Of a DNA stretch of 64,000 nucleotides, positions 24,972 to 38,579 are shown in pieces. The stretch's first letter is position 1. The number at the start of each line of letters is the position of its first letter. Under the pieces are notes generated by a model, which did no database searches, was not told the origin of the DNA, and worked only from the letters and a program-made list of their open reading frames with translations. The translations under genes were made by a program, and so were the position numbers. Source of the stretch: Octopus vulgaris (Eukaryota); the NCBI GenBank assembly GCA_951406725.2, contig OX597823.1, positions 35,712,001 to 35,776,000 on the forward strand, written 5' to 3'.

Positions 24972-25510
24972 GTAGTACCAGGCAGTGGCTCTCGTGGCTT
25001 CTCATCTTAACTGATTGGAAGTGTTATCATGTACATTGTTTTATCTTGGTATAAAAGTTGGGCTACAGCAAATATTCTGCTCAATACCTCAGATTTGCTT
25101 GTCAGTTGTTTTACCTTAACCAGTTGCGCATGTCCCTTAGTGGTTGACGATATGTGCATTTCTGATCACGAGCAGAAGTAGTGGACGAGCATCATATCCA
25201 CATATTGAAAGGAACTTTTGGGGGGTTTAGATAATTAACTTTTGGAAACATGAGTTTTTCGTTCAACATCCTTAAACAACCCTTATTCAAGGACCTTTTG
25301 AGCGGGATGGGATACTCGACCTGAAGAAAATTCTAACTGCAAGGTCATGCGCTGTTAATCGTGATATGAAATCACCATGTCGCGGACATATGGTTGTGAT
25401 GCATGTGCCTGGTGTTACTTTATCAGACGGGTAGTCATGATGGATATACTGGGCTTCATATATTTTACCCCAGTGTCTCTTTGATAGCATCCACTGCTCT
25501 CTCACTCAAT
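24972..25510. repeat. Interspersed repeat bounded by (TAA)n, probably Dong/R4-associated
   Basis: Homologous to 47655-48052; both end ...ctctctcactcaataataata. Confidence 0.7.
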
Positions 25511-25615
25511 AATAATAATAAAGATGAAGCGAAAAAAGAGTATATAGTACGTGTGATTATTTGGCAATGAATAGAAAAAGAAAAAATGAACATCCCGAAA
25601 TATAAAAACATATAC

Positions 25616-26021
<406 letters not shown>

Positions 26022-26689
26022 TAAAGGTATAGGACCTTAAGTATAATCCCAGGTAAATCCAGGCAGTATTTTGAATGTTGCGTTCATAATGAAGGAATAG
26101 ATTAAGTGGCTAGCTAGTATGAAGATAGTCCGCGTGGGTATATAGAGTGAGAAAGACATACATCATGATAGACAGATATGGGCTGTGAGTGAATAGAAGA
26201 GAGAAGAGAAAGAGAGAAAAGACAGGAATTGCGATAGGTACGGGAAAAATAAAGATAAAGATAAGATGCCAGTATTATTCTTCGTTAGGGTCGGTTCGGA
26301 GTGAGAGGTCAGGCGTTAAGGTTTTGGTAAAGTGAAAGAGGAAGGTGTTTATGACTATTAATTAAATAGATGAATTTTAGGTTCGGTGTGGTCGGAAAAA
26401 TATTTAGTCAGTAAGGATAGCTAAAAATATATGCCTAACTTAAAGAAGTATACATGGGCTTAAGAATACACTTAAATGGATAAAAGGTAAAAAATTAAAG
26501 AATTTGAAATTAAAAACTAAAAATGGAAAAGGATTATTGCAGCTAGCCAGCTTCTAAGATACTTATGCTGATAGATTAAAGAAAAGAAAAACATACATAT
26601 ATTGTAACATCCGTGCATTTATATAGGCAAGTGTTATGTGTAGTGATTTTGCTTGCATTTGAACCTGTAGAAAAATCTAAAGGTGCAAT

Positions 26690-26990
26690 AGAACTTATGC
26701 TCATATATAGAGAATGCTTCGTGCTGTTTATTTAGTAATTGTAGTGAATCATGAGTTAATATTTGGAGGGCTTCCTTTAGACAGAGTCCACACGTGGAGC
26801 GCTGGCCTTGGTATGGGACACCAGATCTATTATGGTCCAGAATATCTTATATGGCATTTTCCTATTTATCAGATGGTGTATGTGATTGACTAGGGACGCG
26901 GATTTGCTATGCGCCTCATATCTAAAAGAGTTCAGATGTGCAGAATATCTCTGTTTAAAATATTTATGGACGAGTTATAGTTTAGTGAGA
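26690..26990 (-). pseudogene. Penelope-like GIY-YIG endonuclease relic
   Basis: Manual translation FKQRYSAHLNSFRYEAHSKSASLVNHIHHL...IFWTII...PYQGQRSTCGLCLKEALQIL. Confidence 0.75.
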
Positions 26991-27004
26991 TATCAGGGGA
27001 TAGT

Positions 27005-28601
27005 ATTATTGTTATTATTATTATTATTATTATTATGCTGTTTGACTTTTGCTTTATGTCTGTACAAGTTGGCTCTAAGTCTCACCCAGAGACCTCAAGA
27101 GACAACAGGTTGGAAATTCTGTGCCATATATTTGGGGGGTTTTTTGTTGTTTTTTTTTTGGTGTTGTACTAGTGAATGTCTAATACATTAAAAAAAATAA
27201 ATAAATAAATAAATAAATAAAAAAATAAATAAAAGTTTGTTTTAAACCTTGGGATTACATAAAGAGTATTTTGCGTAGGATATGAGCAGTTTCCATGAGC
27301 ACTATCTATTGAATTTCTGCCATTTTGGTGTTTCCTGGTATCTGAGTTAGGTAGCAATCAGTCCCTTTCGCTATCATTCCCAGGGCACCTATGACAACAG
27401 GTATTGTTTTAGTCTTCAGCTTCCACATTTTGCTGAATTCTATTTCAAGATTTTTATATTTGCTCAGTTTTTGGTAGGTCTTGACAGATACGTTTATATC
27501 GATTGGGACAGTCATATCAATGAGGAGGCATGTTCTTTGTCTGAAGTCTTTCAATATGATGTCTGGCCTATTTGCATCTATCTTCCTGTCAGTTTGAATG
27601 GTGAAGTTCCAGAGGAGTGAGATGTGGTCATTTTCAAGCACAGGAGGTGGATTGTGTTCCCACCAGTTTTTTTCATGGGGCAAATCTAGGTTTTTGCAAA
27701 TTACCCAGTGAATATATTGTGCAGCTCTATCATGCCTACTGAGGTACTCTGTAGGCGCTAGAAGACTGCATTTTGAGACAACATGGTCAATGGTTTCATT
27801 TTGTTGTCGGCATACATGACATGTTGGGCTACTGCCGTTCTTTAATATGTTGGCCTGGTAGTTTCTTGTTGGTAGGCATTGATCTTGAGCTGCTATGATA
27901 AACCCCTCTGTTTCAGATTTTAAGCCAGAGGCCATTAGCCATTGATGGGTCAGGGCTTTGTCGATATCTGCATTATTCGCTCTCTTTGGGTATTTGCCAT
28001 AGAGAGGTTTTTCTTGCCATTTATTATTCAGAATATCTAAGGCCGCAGTTTTGGCACGGGTTTTCATGCGCCTAGCTTTTTCTGTGCTTGTTTCTTTTAT
28101 GTCTATCTCTAATTCCGAAATTGGTTGTATTCGGAATTCACTTAGATATTCCTTTGCCTGTTTTGTGACTGAGTATGATGCTTTCTTGTTTTCATGTTTT
28201 GAGACAAGTTTTAACATCCAGTCCTCAGAGTTTTTCAGGTAGGTGTCTAGGCCAATTGTAGCAATCTTCATTGTTATTGCCAGTTGCAAAAGACCACGGC
28301 CTCCCTCTTTTCTTGGCAGATAGAGTCGTTCTGTATCTGCCTTAGGGTGGTGAATTCTATGCATTGTCAACAGTTTCCTTCTCTTTCTGTCGAGCTGACA
28401 TATTTCAGTAATTGACCAGTTAACAATATTGAAACTGTAAGTCACAACTGGTATGGCTAATGCATTGATCGCTTCGATCCTGTTTCTTGCATTCAGCTCT
28501 GTCTTGAGTATTGCTCTCACTCTTCGATAGCATTCTCTCCTGATCCTTTCCTTCATCTCTGAATGCCTTATTCCGTTCCCTTCAATTACCCCTAGGTACT
28601 T
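27005..28601 (-). mobile_element. 5'-truncated R4/Dong-type non-LTR retrotransposon (ORF 27306-28556: RT thumb, CCHC finger, RLE)
   Basis: KYLG, RLYLPRKEGGRGL, AAQDQCLPT, CHVC-ETIDHVVSKC, RHD, NRPDII, IDMTVP, KLSKY; (TAA)n on both sides. Confidence 0.92.
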
Positions 28602-28620
28602 ATTATTATTATTATTATTT

Positions 28621-28712
<92 letters not shown>

Positions 28713-28720
28713 CGTCGTCG
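28602..28720. repeat. (TAT)n-(TAG)n trinucleotide microsatellite
   Basis: Direct reading. Confidence 0.95.
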
Positions 28721-28809
28721 TATTAGTATTATTAGCATTAGCAATACTAGTGCTATTAGTATATTAACATTCGTTTTAGCCGTAGTCCGTCCTACCTCAG
28801 AAGCGGAGA

Positions 28810-29075
28810 TATTCGTATCCTGGTTTATGTTCAACTGCTTCATTTTCCTGATCCTCCTGCTTGGTCCACACTTTCCTTTCGCTAATCGGATATTCTCTTT
28901 TACTCCAAATAAATCCTTTCCTGTATCGTAAATTGAGCTTGTTAATTTACCCAGTTTCTCCACTGTAAAGCCTGTCATTTTATAAAGAGCCCGACATACC
29001 TTGTTTTCAAACTTTTATATTTCCCTTTCTCGTTAGCAGCAGGCCACAAAACCCTCGGTTTCCTCTGAGTATTAT
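28810..29075 (-). pseudogene. Fragment resembling the pre-RT region of HERO/R2-group retrotransposons
   Basis: With one frameshift: RKPRVLWPAANEKGKYKS.ENKVCRALYKMTGFTVEKLGKLTSSIYDTGKDLFGVKE; similarity recalled, not searched. Confidence 0.5.
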
Positions 29076-29122
29076 CTGTGCGTGCGTGTGTGCGTGTGTG
29101 TGTGTGTATGTGTGTGTGTGTG

Positions 29123-29195
<73 letters not shown>

Positions 29196-30179
29196 CAAAA
29201 TTATTAAATAGTGCAATACAGTAGTATTGCTTCCCAGCAAAACAAAGCACCATCAGAACTTTAGGTTAGTTAAAATATGTCACAAACAAAAGTTCTCTAT
29301 TATAGTAAGAAGATGTAAAAACACCATATTTGTACAATGCTGCCCCGTAGGGATTCCTAGATGTTGCGCTTTTAGCTTTTTAGCCGTGATCAATATGAAA
29401 TACCGATGATAGGTAATTCTCGACAGATTCAAAGGCGTAGCTTTAAATAAAACACAGACAACATTGACTGAGCTGTACTATTAGACCGCCAGCTTTCGGT
29501 ATCACCAAGCAGTATTTAGGCATAAGCCAACATTAGATTAGATAAAATATGTTCATTACATATTTCAACTTCTAAAGGCAAATTCACTGCAGTTACCGTG
29601 GAGTAAAAATTCTCTCTTATGGTAAAAAGGTGTCAGACAAAAAGTTTCAGTAGGAGGCTGCGATGGAAAATTTACCACTACGAAAAACGGCATACCGTAT
29701 TTGTTTTGGTTCCTTGAGCTTTGTGTTCAAATTTTTCTCTGAACTTTACCTTTCATCCTTCCAGCTTGAGAAATAAAGTGCCAACCAAATCCGTAAGGTC
29801 TATTCATCTTAAGTTCTTTCTCTCCAGAAAATGTGTTTACATGTAATGCGGGATGGGCCGGGTTAGATTTAAAATATAATGACAAGCCATATATCGCGAC
29901 GGTGCCTCAAATACTTCACTATGAACTGATGGAATACAGTTCAATACATTTTTCTCTTTATTGCACTTTATTGCACTCCCATCCAAGTGTGAAACCACAA
30001 TTAATTATGTAAGAATTTATTCTGATAGTTTTAGCTTCTTGGTTGCTTATTCAGTTTAAACATATTACAGTCATTCTGTTATTGTAAGGTTTGGTTATTA
30101 TTATTATTAACTATTGAAGAGCTATTTCAGGAAAAAGATCACCAATTACTTTTCCCACACTACTGATATATGTTTAAGT

Positions 30180-30269
<90 letters not shown>

Positions 30270-30490
30270 TACACACATACATGCATGCATGTTTGTACAT
30301 ATATGTAAATATGTGCACATCTCTATGCACACATGAATATTCGAATGTGTGTCTTTGTGTGTATATGTATTCATGCGTATATATGGATGCCTGTGTATAT
30401 GTATGTCCGTATGTATGTTTGAACGTATGTATATATGTATGCATGTATGCATGTACTTATATGGGTATACACACACACACACGCGCACAC

Positions 30491-30546
<56 letters not shown>

Positions 30547-30855
30547 TTATTCACGTAGTTTTACATGTTTACACTTTTATCACCTTCAAAGTATTCTGCA
30601 TTTGAATCAATGGCTAAACAGGACAGAAGTAGACAAGTGGGACGAAGAGTCGCTGAAGAGGTCACAGGATGTGCGACGAAAGATTACGGACAAAAGATAC
30701 TAAAATAAGAATAATGATAAAACTGTAATGAAAACTAGTATATAGTGCATGTGATTATTTGGCAACGGGAAAAAATGACCATCCCGAAATATAACAACGC
30801 CTGAATCAATAGACAATTTCACATCAGGAATCTTGCAAAACAAATACATAAACGT

Positions 30856-31050
30856 ATTCTTTTATTTGTTTCAGTAATTTGAGTGTGGACATGATGGAGC
30901 ACCGCCTTTAGTCAAGCAAATCGACCCTAGGACTTATTCTATCGGTATCTTTTGCCGAATTGCAAATGTTACGGGGACGTTAACACACCAACATTGGTTG
31001 TCAAGCGATAATGGGGGCACAAACACAGACACACAAACATATACATATAT

Positions 31051-31134
<84 letters not shown>

Positions 31135-31151
31135 TTATGTATGTATTTATG

Positions 31152-31195
<44 letters not shown>

Positions 31196-31337
31196 CATAC
31201 ATATATATATTTATATATATACGACGGGCTTCTTTCAGTTTCCGTCTACCAAATCCACTCATAAGGCTTTGGTTGGCCCGAGAAGACACTTGTCCAAGGT
31301 GCCACGCAGTGCGACTGTACCTGGAACCAAGTGGTTG
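30856..31337 (-). mobile_element. SINE family 1 with expanded internal (TA)n
   Basis: Both halves homologous to other copies. Confidence 0.85.
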
Positions 31338-32122
31338 CTAATTTCTTTATATATATAGTCTTCCATGTGAAATATTGTCGATTATCTACATTCTGCGTTT
31401 TCAGCAAGGAAGTACCAGAACAATTGATGATATTGCCATCTTTTACTGCCAAATCAAAACAAAATCAAGTACAATAACAATAACAAATAGTCTGAAATAA
31501 AATTTAAAATTTTATGAATATATTACTTAACAAATAAATATCTTTTTTTACTTTCTGAAAAATTCTACTTTGGTTTCTTCGTATTTCAGAGGAGTCGCAT
31601 TAAATTCCTCGAGACAAAAATGTGAAATTCAATATCAAGGTTTTATCGACAACTGAAAGGGATTCAATAAATCATGCGCTTTCTTATTTTTATATTTAGA
31701 TTTCTTTTTTTCTTTTTTGTTGACGATTAAAGAATCATTTTTTTTTTTATTGCTTTTGACTTCCTACTTGTTCAAAACAAGATATTCTTGAGTTTAAGTT
31801 ATTACAGTCAATTTTACAGATAATTCCCTCCTGCTTCCAGTAATAAAAGAATTGCAATAACATTTTTTTAAAATTATCAGAATGTTTTCTAAATGTCATT
31901 CCGATAAATTATTTCCAATGAATTCTTTTTTACAGGACTCACCAAACGATGTTTAAGAAGTTGGGCGCGGGAAGAGGAGAAGAACGTAAAAAGAAAAAAA
32001 ATAGAAAGAAAGAAAGATAGGAACGAGCAAACGAACAATTGAAGGCATGGCATAGAATAATATAATTTAAAGGAAAAACAAAGAGGAGAATGCAATATAA
32101 CCTATCTACTGTGAATGAATGA

Positions 32123-32171
<49 letters not shown>

Positions 32172-32892
32172 GGGATGTTTTGCAATTCTGGACTGTTATC
32201 AAGAAGCAGTGAAATTTGACTACCTCAGTTGCTACAAATATTCTCGTAACTCTATCAGTTCAATATTGAAGAAAAGAAGAAATCTTTTATAGTGATTACT
32301 ATGAATCTTAAAAGTCACCTCACCATATTTTATATTTCCAACAAATGTTCGACTTGAATTGGTAATATCAACTGAATATATATTATCATATTCGACATTT
32401 CTGAATCGTTGCTGCATTTCAGATAAGCTTGTATATATCTCAGTTGGTTTGCTTCACACCATCCATATCTCGTCAAAATCGATGTTTGATCAATAGCTGT
32501 TATACCAGACAATATATTATTTTTTCCCCATTTGTGCAGAGAGTTCTGTGAGCTGACATTGACTTGTTACAATGACAAACAGAACTGTGTCCCCTGTATC
32601 AGTTTGTCTGCATAAAACACACTCTGCAGGAAATGGTTAACATCCACTCTCATATCAATCTTTACCAGTGAAGTTGTAGTTTTGTGATTTTGACCACCTT
32701 ACTTGGCATTGGAAGTAAAGTATTGGTAATTTTTATGTCGACCATACAGTTCGATATATGTTCGTAAATCAATTTATATATGGGGGTGGGTGCGAACGTA
32801 CATTCACAGGCATATATGTTTCTTCTTACAGATATATTTAAGTTTTTCCGGCTATTCTATGCATAATATTCATCTATAAACATATAGGCATA

Positions 32893-32961
<69 letters not shown>

Positions 32962-32989
32962 GAGTATGATTTTTGTATAATTTTTTTCT

Positions 32990-33184
32990 TGGGACTGTGG
33001 CCATACTGGAACACCATCTTAAAGGGTGTTAGTCGAAGAAATCGACCCCAGGACTTATTCTTTGTAATTCTAGTACTTACTCTATCGGTCTTTTTGCCGA
33101 ACCACTGAATTATGAGGACATAAACACACCAGCATCGGTTGTCAAGTGATTGCCGAGGAACAAAGACACGTACATACACATATA

Positions 33185-33185
<1 letters not shown>
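32990..33185 (-). mobile_element. SINE family 1, 3' half
   Basis: gtcgaagaaatcgaccccaggacttattctttgtaa... Confidence 0.8.
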
Positions 33186-33256
<71 letters not shown>

Positions 33257-33350
33257 TAGTAATTAAAAGACAACAACAGAAGGAAAGAGACCTCGATATT
33301 ATGTAAATAGAGGAATTTATCTGTCATATAATATGTGACGATTATTCGGT

Positions 33351-33425
33351 TGCCATAATAAGATTCCGAGTTTCGGATGTCCGAGAGGAAACCTGCCCCC
33401 GCATCTCGTCAGTTACCGAGGCAAC
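33351..33425 (-). ncRNA. Type-I hammerhead-like motif
   Basis: Reverse complement of the 36015-36089 motif. Confidence 0.6.
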
Positions 33426-34505
33426 CAAAATATGCTATGAAAATGACCGTTAAACAAAAGGAAATTACTATGTAATTGACCGTTATTAAGACAAAAGAGC
33501 TATTAGAATAACCGTTAAATGAGGGGGAAAACCGAAGGGGAAGTAAAAAGTATAGAAGTATATATGCTCATAGCAATCGCATATGCGCGCATGTACATAC
33601 ATACACATGCGCGCATGCACACCGACATACATGTGCCTTTATGCATATGCTCACTCACACTCGCATGAAACACATACGCATATGCGCACCCACACATACG
33701 CTAACAGATGGACATATATATGCAACCATGCATGTACACGTATATATATCCATACACGCACGCGCGCTCACACACACACCTGCACATACCCATACGCGCA
33801 CAGTTACAGTTTTCCTATTCCTGTTTCCTTTTCTTTTTTATTGGAAAAGGAAACATAGCAATAGGAAAACTATCTAGTTCACACCCCCTACTCTCCCGAA
33901 GTAACCTTTAATATAGGTAAGTATTTCATAGCACTGATAGATAGACATTTTCTATAGTTACAGAAAGCTCTTCAATAGACATAACTTAAAAATCGGTTTC
34001 AGCTCAACAACTAATTAAACAAATTATAATCGCACACGACACAAAACCACAAAATGAAACCAGCTGTTCATGCAGGTGCACGTACGTATACACGCACAGT
34101 TATATTCAAATACACATCTAAAAATACGCACATGCTATATATGCATATGCTCACTCACATTCGCGTGAAACACACACGCACACACGCAGACACACACACG
34201 ATGTATACATATGTATATCCGCACACACACACGTGCATATACCCATACGCGCACAGTCATATTCATATACACATCTAAAATACGTACATGCTATATATGC
34301 ATATGCTCACTCACACTCGCGTAAAGTACTCGCATGTATACCCACATATATATGCAACCACACACATGTACATATATACATACCCCCACGCACGCGCACA
34401 CACATACACGAGCACAAAATGTTCATATACACTTCTAAATACGCACGTGCACAAGAAAAATGCGGCGTGAAAGGTAAAATGCAGACAAAAATGTGTAAAA
34501 ATATA

Positions 34506-34793
34506 TCTTTATATATAAAACTGAAGTTGTGTGAGAGTCTGTCTACTCCGATTTAGATTCCTAACTACTCCCACATTTTGCGGTGCAGTTTAACCAAAAC
34601 GTGATTCATATCGAGCCCTTCTGGGTATTAGCGCGCGTCTACGATGAGTCTACGATTTAAAAAAAAATTACCATCATTTTTCCGCATTTTTAATGCATTT
34701 TTTGCTCGGTTTATATAAGGGAAGTAACTCTCTAAAAATGCTTATATAGTTATTTCCCTTACAAACCCGAGCAACGCCGAGCGATACTGCTAG
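34506..34793 (+). mobile_element. Non-autonomous Helitron, family A copy 3 (internally deleted)
   Basis: A|TC start, hairpin, CTAG|T end. Confidence 0.85.
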
Positions 34794-34939
34794 TAAAGTA
34801 ATAAAAATGTAAAATAAATAGGTAAAAAAATATGTTTAACAATATATAAAAAGTATAGGGAGATAAAATGCTTGTACGTGGACACAATATAAAAAGCAGG
34901 TTCTATCTGTGATATTGTGGGGACCAAAAACGTAACAAA

Positions 34940-35340
34940 TATTTAGCCATATATGGACATGATCCAAAAAGTTCAGTTCTTGAATTTAAACATGTAGCGG
35001 GGTCTAAGCTGCTTTTCAGATGCATTTTCCACTTTCCACAGCCGTTGGTGTAAGGCTTACACTTGGCTAAGATCTTTCAATGGATGCTGTAACTGATACC
35101 TTTATCTTTTAAGGACCATATATGACTATATAATTTAGTCGTTTTCCTTTTATACCAGTGCCTGAAGCTTAAGGTGTGATTGTTGAACCTGGCCTTAAAA
35201 TTCCCCTCTGTAAAGCTCACATATTTCTTTGTCAAAACTGTGTCCTTAGTCGTTGTAGAGTCAACGGTGGTTTCATAAATGATGGTCTCGCACATGCAGG
35301 CTCCATTTGGCAGGCACAAATTTTTATCCCTGGATGAACA
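34940..35340 (-). pseudogene. Penelope-like GIY-YIG endonuclease domain
   Basis: CLPNGACMCETIIY...KYVSFTEGNFKARFNNHTLSFRH...LYSHIWSLKDKG...ILAKCKPY...LNSRTELFGSC. Confidence 0.85.
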
Positions 35341-36014
35341 GCTGGTTTCATTTTGTGGTTTTTGTGTCGTGTGCGATTATAATTTTTTTAATTAGTTGTT
35401 GAGCTGAAACCGATTTTTAAGTTATGTCTATTGAAGAGCTTTCTGTAACTATAGAAAATGTCTATCTATCAGTGCTATGAAATACTTACCTTTATTAAAG
35501 GTTACTTTGAGAGAGTAGGGGGTGTGAACTAGATAGTTTTCCTATTGCTATGTTTCCTTTTCCAATGAAAAAGAAAAGGAAACAGGAATAGGAAAACTAT
35601 AACTATATGGGTATATATAGTTATAAAACTATAACTATATAACGTATGGGTATGTGCAGGTGTGTGTGTGAGCGCGCGTGCGTGTATGGATATATATACG
35701 TGTACATGCATGGTTGCATATATATGTGCATCTATTAGCGTATGTGTGGGTGCGCATATGCGTATGTGTTTCATGCGAGTGTGAGTGAGCATATGCATAA
35801 AGGCACATGTATGTCGGTGTGCATGCGCGCATGTGTTTGTATGTACATGCGCGCATATGCGATTGCTATGAGCATATATACTTCTATACTTTTTACTTTC
35901 CCTTCGGTTTTTCCCCTTATTTAACGGTCATTCTAATAGCTCTTTTGTCTTAATAGCGGTCAATTACATAGTAATTTCCCTTTGTTTAACGGTCATTTTC
36001 ATAGCATATTTTGA

Positions 36015-36089
36015 TTGCCTCGGTAACTGACGAGATGCGGGAGCAGGTTTCCTCTCGGACATCCGAAACTCGGAATCTTATTATGGCAA
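36015..36089 (+). ncRNA. Type-I hammerhead-like motif
   Basis: ttgcctcggtaa-CTGACGA-gatg...catcc-GAAA-ctcgga-ATC-ttattatggcaa; helix I with internal loop; helix III mismatched. Confidence 0.6.
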
Positions 36090-36116
36090 CCGAATAATCG
36101 TCACATATTATATTAC

Positions 36117-36189
<73 letters not shown>

Positions 36190-36192
<3 letters not shown>

Positions 36193-36670
36193 GCAAGTGT
36201 CTGGCACCATGTGGAAGTGTCTTCTAATATAGCTTCAGGCCGACCAAAGCCTTGTGAGTGGATTTGGTAGACGGAAACTGAAAGAAGCCCGTCGTATATA
36301 TGTATATATGTATGTATGTGCGTGTATATGTTTGTGTGTCTGTGTTTGTCCACCCCCAGCATCGCTTGTCAACCGATGCTGGTGCGTTTACATTCCCGTA
36401 ACTTAGCAGTTCGGCAAAAGAGACCGATAGAATAAGTACTAGGCTTACAAAGAAAAAGTCCTGGGGTCGATTTGCTGGACCGAAGGTGGTGCTTCAGCAT
36501 GGTCGCAGTCAAATGACTGAAACAAGTAAAGGAGTATATATACGACGGGCTTCTATTTTCCGTCAACCAAATCCATTCACAAGGCTTGAGGCTATAGTAA
36601 AATACAGCTGCTCAAGGTGCCACGTAGTGGGAGTGAACCAAGAACCATTTGGTTGTTAAGCAAGCTTATA
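36190..36670. mobile_element. SINE family 1: plus copy 36190-36535 abutting a minus 5'-half copy 36537-36670
   Basis: Homology to other copies. Confidence 0.8.
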
Positions 36671-36944
36671 CGCACAACAGATTTAACTGTTAAAAAAGAA
36701 AAATTCTTAACATCGGGCTACAACTAGTAACCTTCCAAAGTATCCTAGCTGTCCCTAATAACACAGTTTTGTGGGGCTTCACTACACTAGTTTTATGCCC
36801 ATTTCCTCTGTGTGTTCAAACCTTTAGGGACAATTTCAAATGGACCTAAAACTACATTTTAACCGCACATTTCATAGTTTATTATTATTATCATTATTAT
36901 TATTATTATTAACATTATTATCATTATCATCATTATTATTATTA

Positions 36945-37353
36945 TTTATTGCCCACAAGGGGCTAAATATAGGGGAGATAAAGAAAGACAGACAAAAGGA
37001 TTAAGTCAATTACATCGACCCCAGTGCGTAACTGGTACTTATTTAATCGACCCTGAAAGGATGAAAGGCAAAGTCGACCTCGGTGGAATTTGAACTCAGA
37101 GCGTAACAGCAGAGGAAATGCCTATTTTTTACTACCCACAGGGGAATAAACACAGAGAGGACAAACAAGGACAGACAAACGGATTAAGTCGATTATATCG
37201 ACCCCAGTGCGTAACTGGTACATATTTAATCGACCTCGAAAGGATGAAAGGCAAAGTCGACCACGGTGGAATTTGAACTCAGAACGTAGTGGCAGGCGAA
37301 ATACCGCTAAGCATTTCGCCCGGCGTGCTAACGTTTCTGCCAGCTCGCCGCCC
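36945..37353 (-). mobile_element. SINE family 3, one full and one partial copy in tandem
   Basis: ggcggcgagctggcagaaacgttagcacgccgggcg...gagttcaaattcc B-box...gcctttcatcctttcg; flanked by (TTA)n. Confidence 0.85.
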
Positions 37354-37384
37354 TCTGTTATGTTATTATTATTATTATTATTAA

Positions 37385-37427
<43 letters not shown>

Positions 37428-37434
37428 CATTATT

Positions 37435-38249
37435 ATTCAGTAGTCTTATTTTTATCACATGCTTTCACTGCACTACCCAGTGCAGCTCTGTCTGTCTTGG
37501 TTATGTGCTGTGGTTTCTTGTGGTGCTCTTATTTCCACTGTATTGAAAGTATTTTATATAGGATGTGTGCGGTGCCTAGTAGTGCTATTTTCTGTATGTT
37601 GTATATATTTGTATGTATTTGCCTGAATGTTCTTTTTATCATACCTTATACGCCTACTATCATAGGAATTGTTTCTGTTTTTAGACTCCACATTCGAATT
37701 ACCACTATTTCCAAATCTTTGTATTCTGAAATTTTCTCCGTTTCTTTTAGAGAGACGTTGTCATCTGTTGGCATTGATACATCGATTAGAAAGCAATTTT
37801 TTTTCTTGGTGATCTCTGACAACTGTATCTGGCCTATTGGCCTTAATTTCCCTTTTAATGTGTATTGGCATATACCATAGTATTGTTGATTTTTTTTCAT
37901 TTTCTGTGATCTTTTCTGGTGCGTGCCTATACCATCTTTTTTCTGTTGTTATTCCATAGAGTTGGTATAGCTGTCGTGTCTGTGAATATATTCTTTCTAA
38001 ACCATATATTCCTTCATGGATAACCAGAGACAATGATATATTGTTTCTTCTCCATCACCACGTATTCTGCAGTTACTTGTATTTCTTTCCATTACATGTT
38101 CTTTTGGTGATTTCTGGTGGGAATGTTTTGATCTTGCCCTGCAATTAAAACTCCTTCAGTTTTTGCTTTGAGTCCTGAGCTTCTCACTCATTGTCGTGAT
38201 TTTGCTTTGCTTCAGTTTTCCTTTAGCTCTTCCCAGTTCATACCGTAAC

Positions 38250-38250
<1 letters not shown>
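37435..38250 (-). mobile_element. R4/Dong-type 3' fragment
   Basis: NRPDTVV, LIDVSMPTDDNVSLKETEKISEYKDLEI...IPMIVG; (TAA)n both sides. Confidence 0.88.
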
Positions 38251-38309
<59 letters not shown>

Positions 38310-38579
38310 GGATTTGAACTGACATAGGGGATTACTGAAAACATGCTAATACTTCTGTACATCATTATGTCAAACGCGATTACAGGGAATCACGATTAAA
38401 GGAAATAGCAAATGAAATAGCTAAGATTAGCAAAGATAGACAAACCTTCACGCATAACTTTAGCAAACACAATACAATAGATGAGAGAATTCATTTAGTT
38501 ATTAACTGATACTGAAATTTCACTGGCATTTCAAAAGTGTTGCATGAAATTACCAACAATATCAAGTATGATTTTCATA

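Larger units (their letters stand above)
33255..36119 (-). mobile_element. 5'-truncated Penelope-like element with inverted pLTR (arms ~33318-34076 and ~35330-36119)
   Basis: GIY-YIG relic on minus strand, ~760-bp inverted arms carrying hammerhead-like motifs, (TA)n at both ends. Confidence 0.88.

Noticed and set aside
32200-32750. Unique-looking segment with short ORFs, possible exon
   Set aside because: Cannot be supported without transcript or homology data
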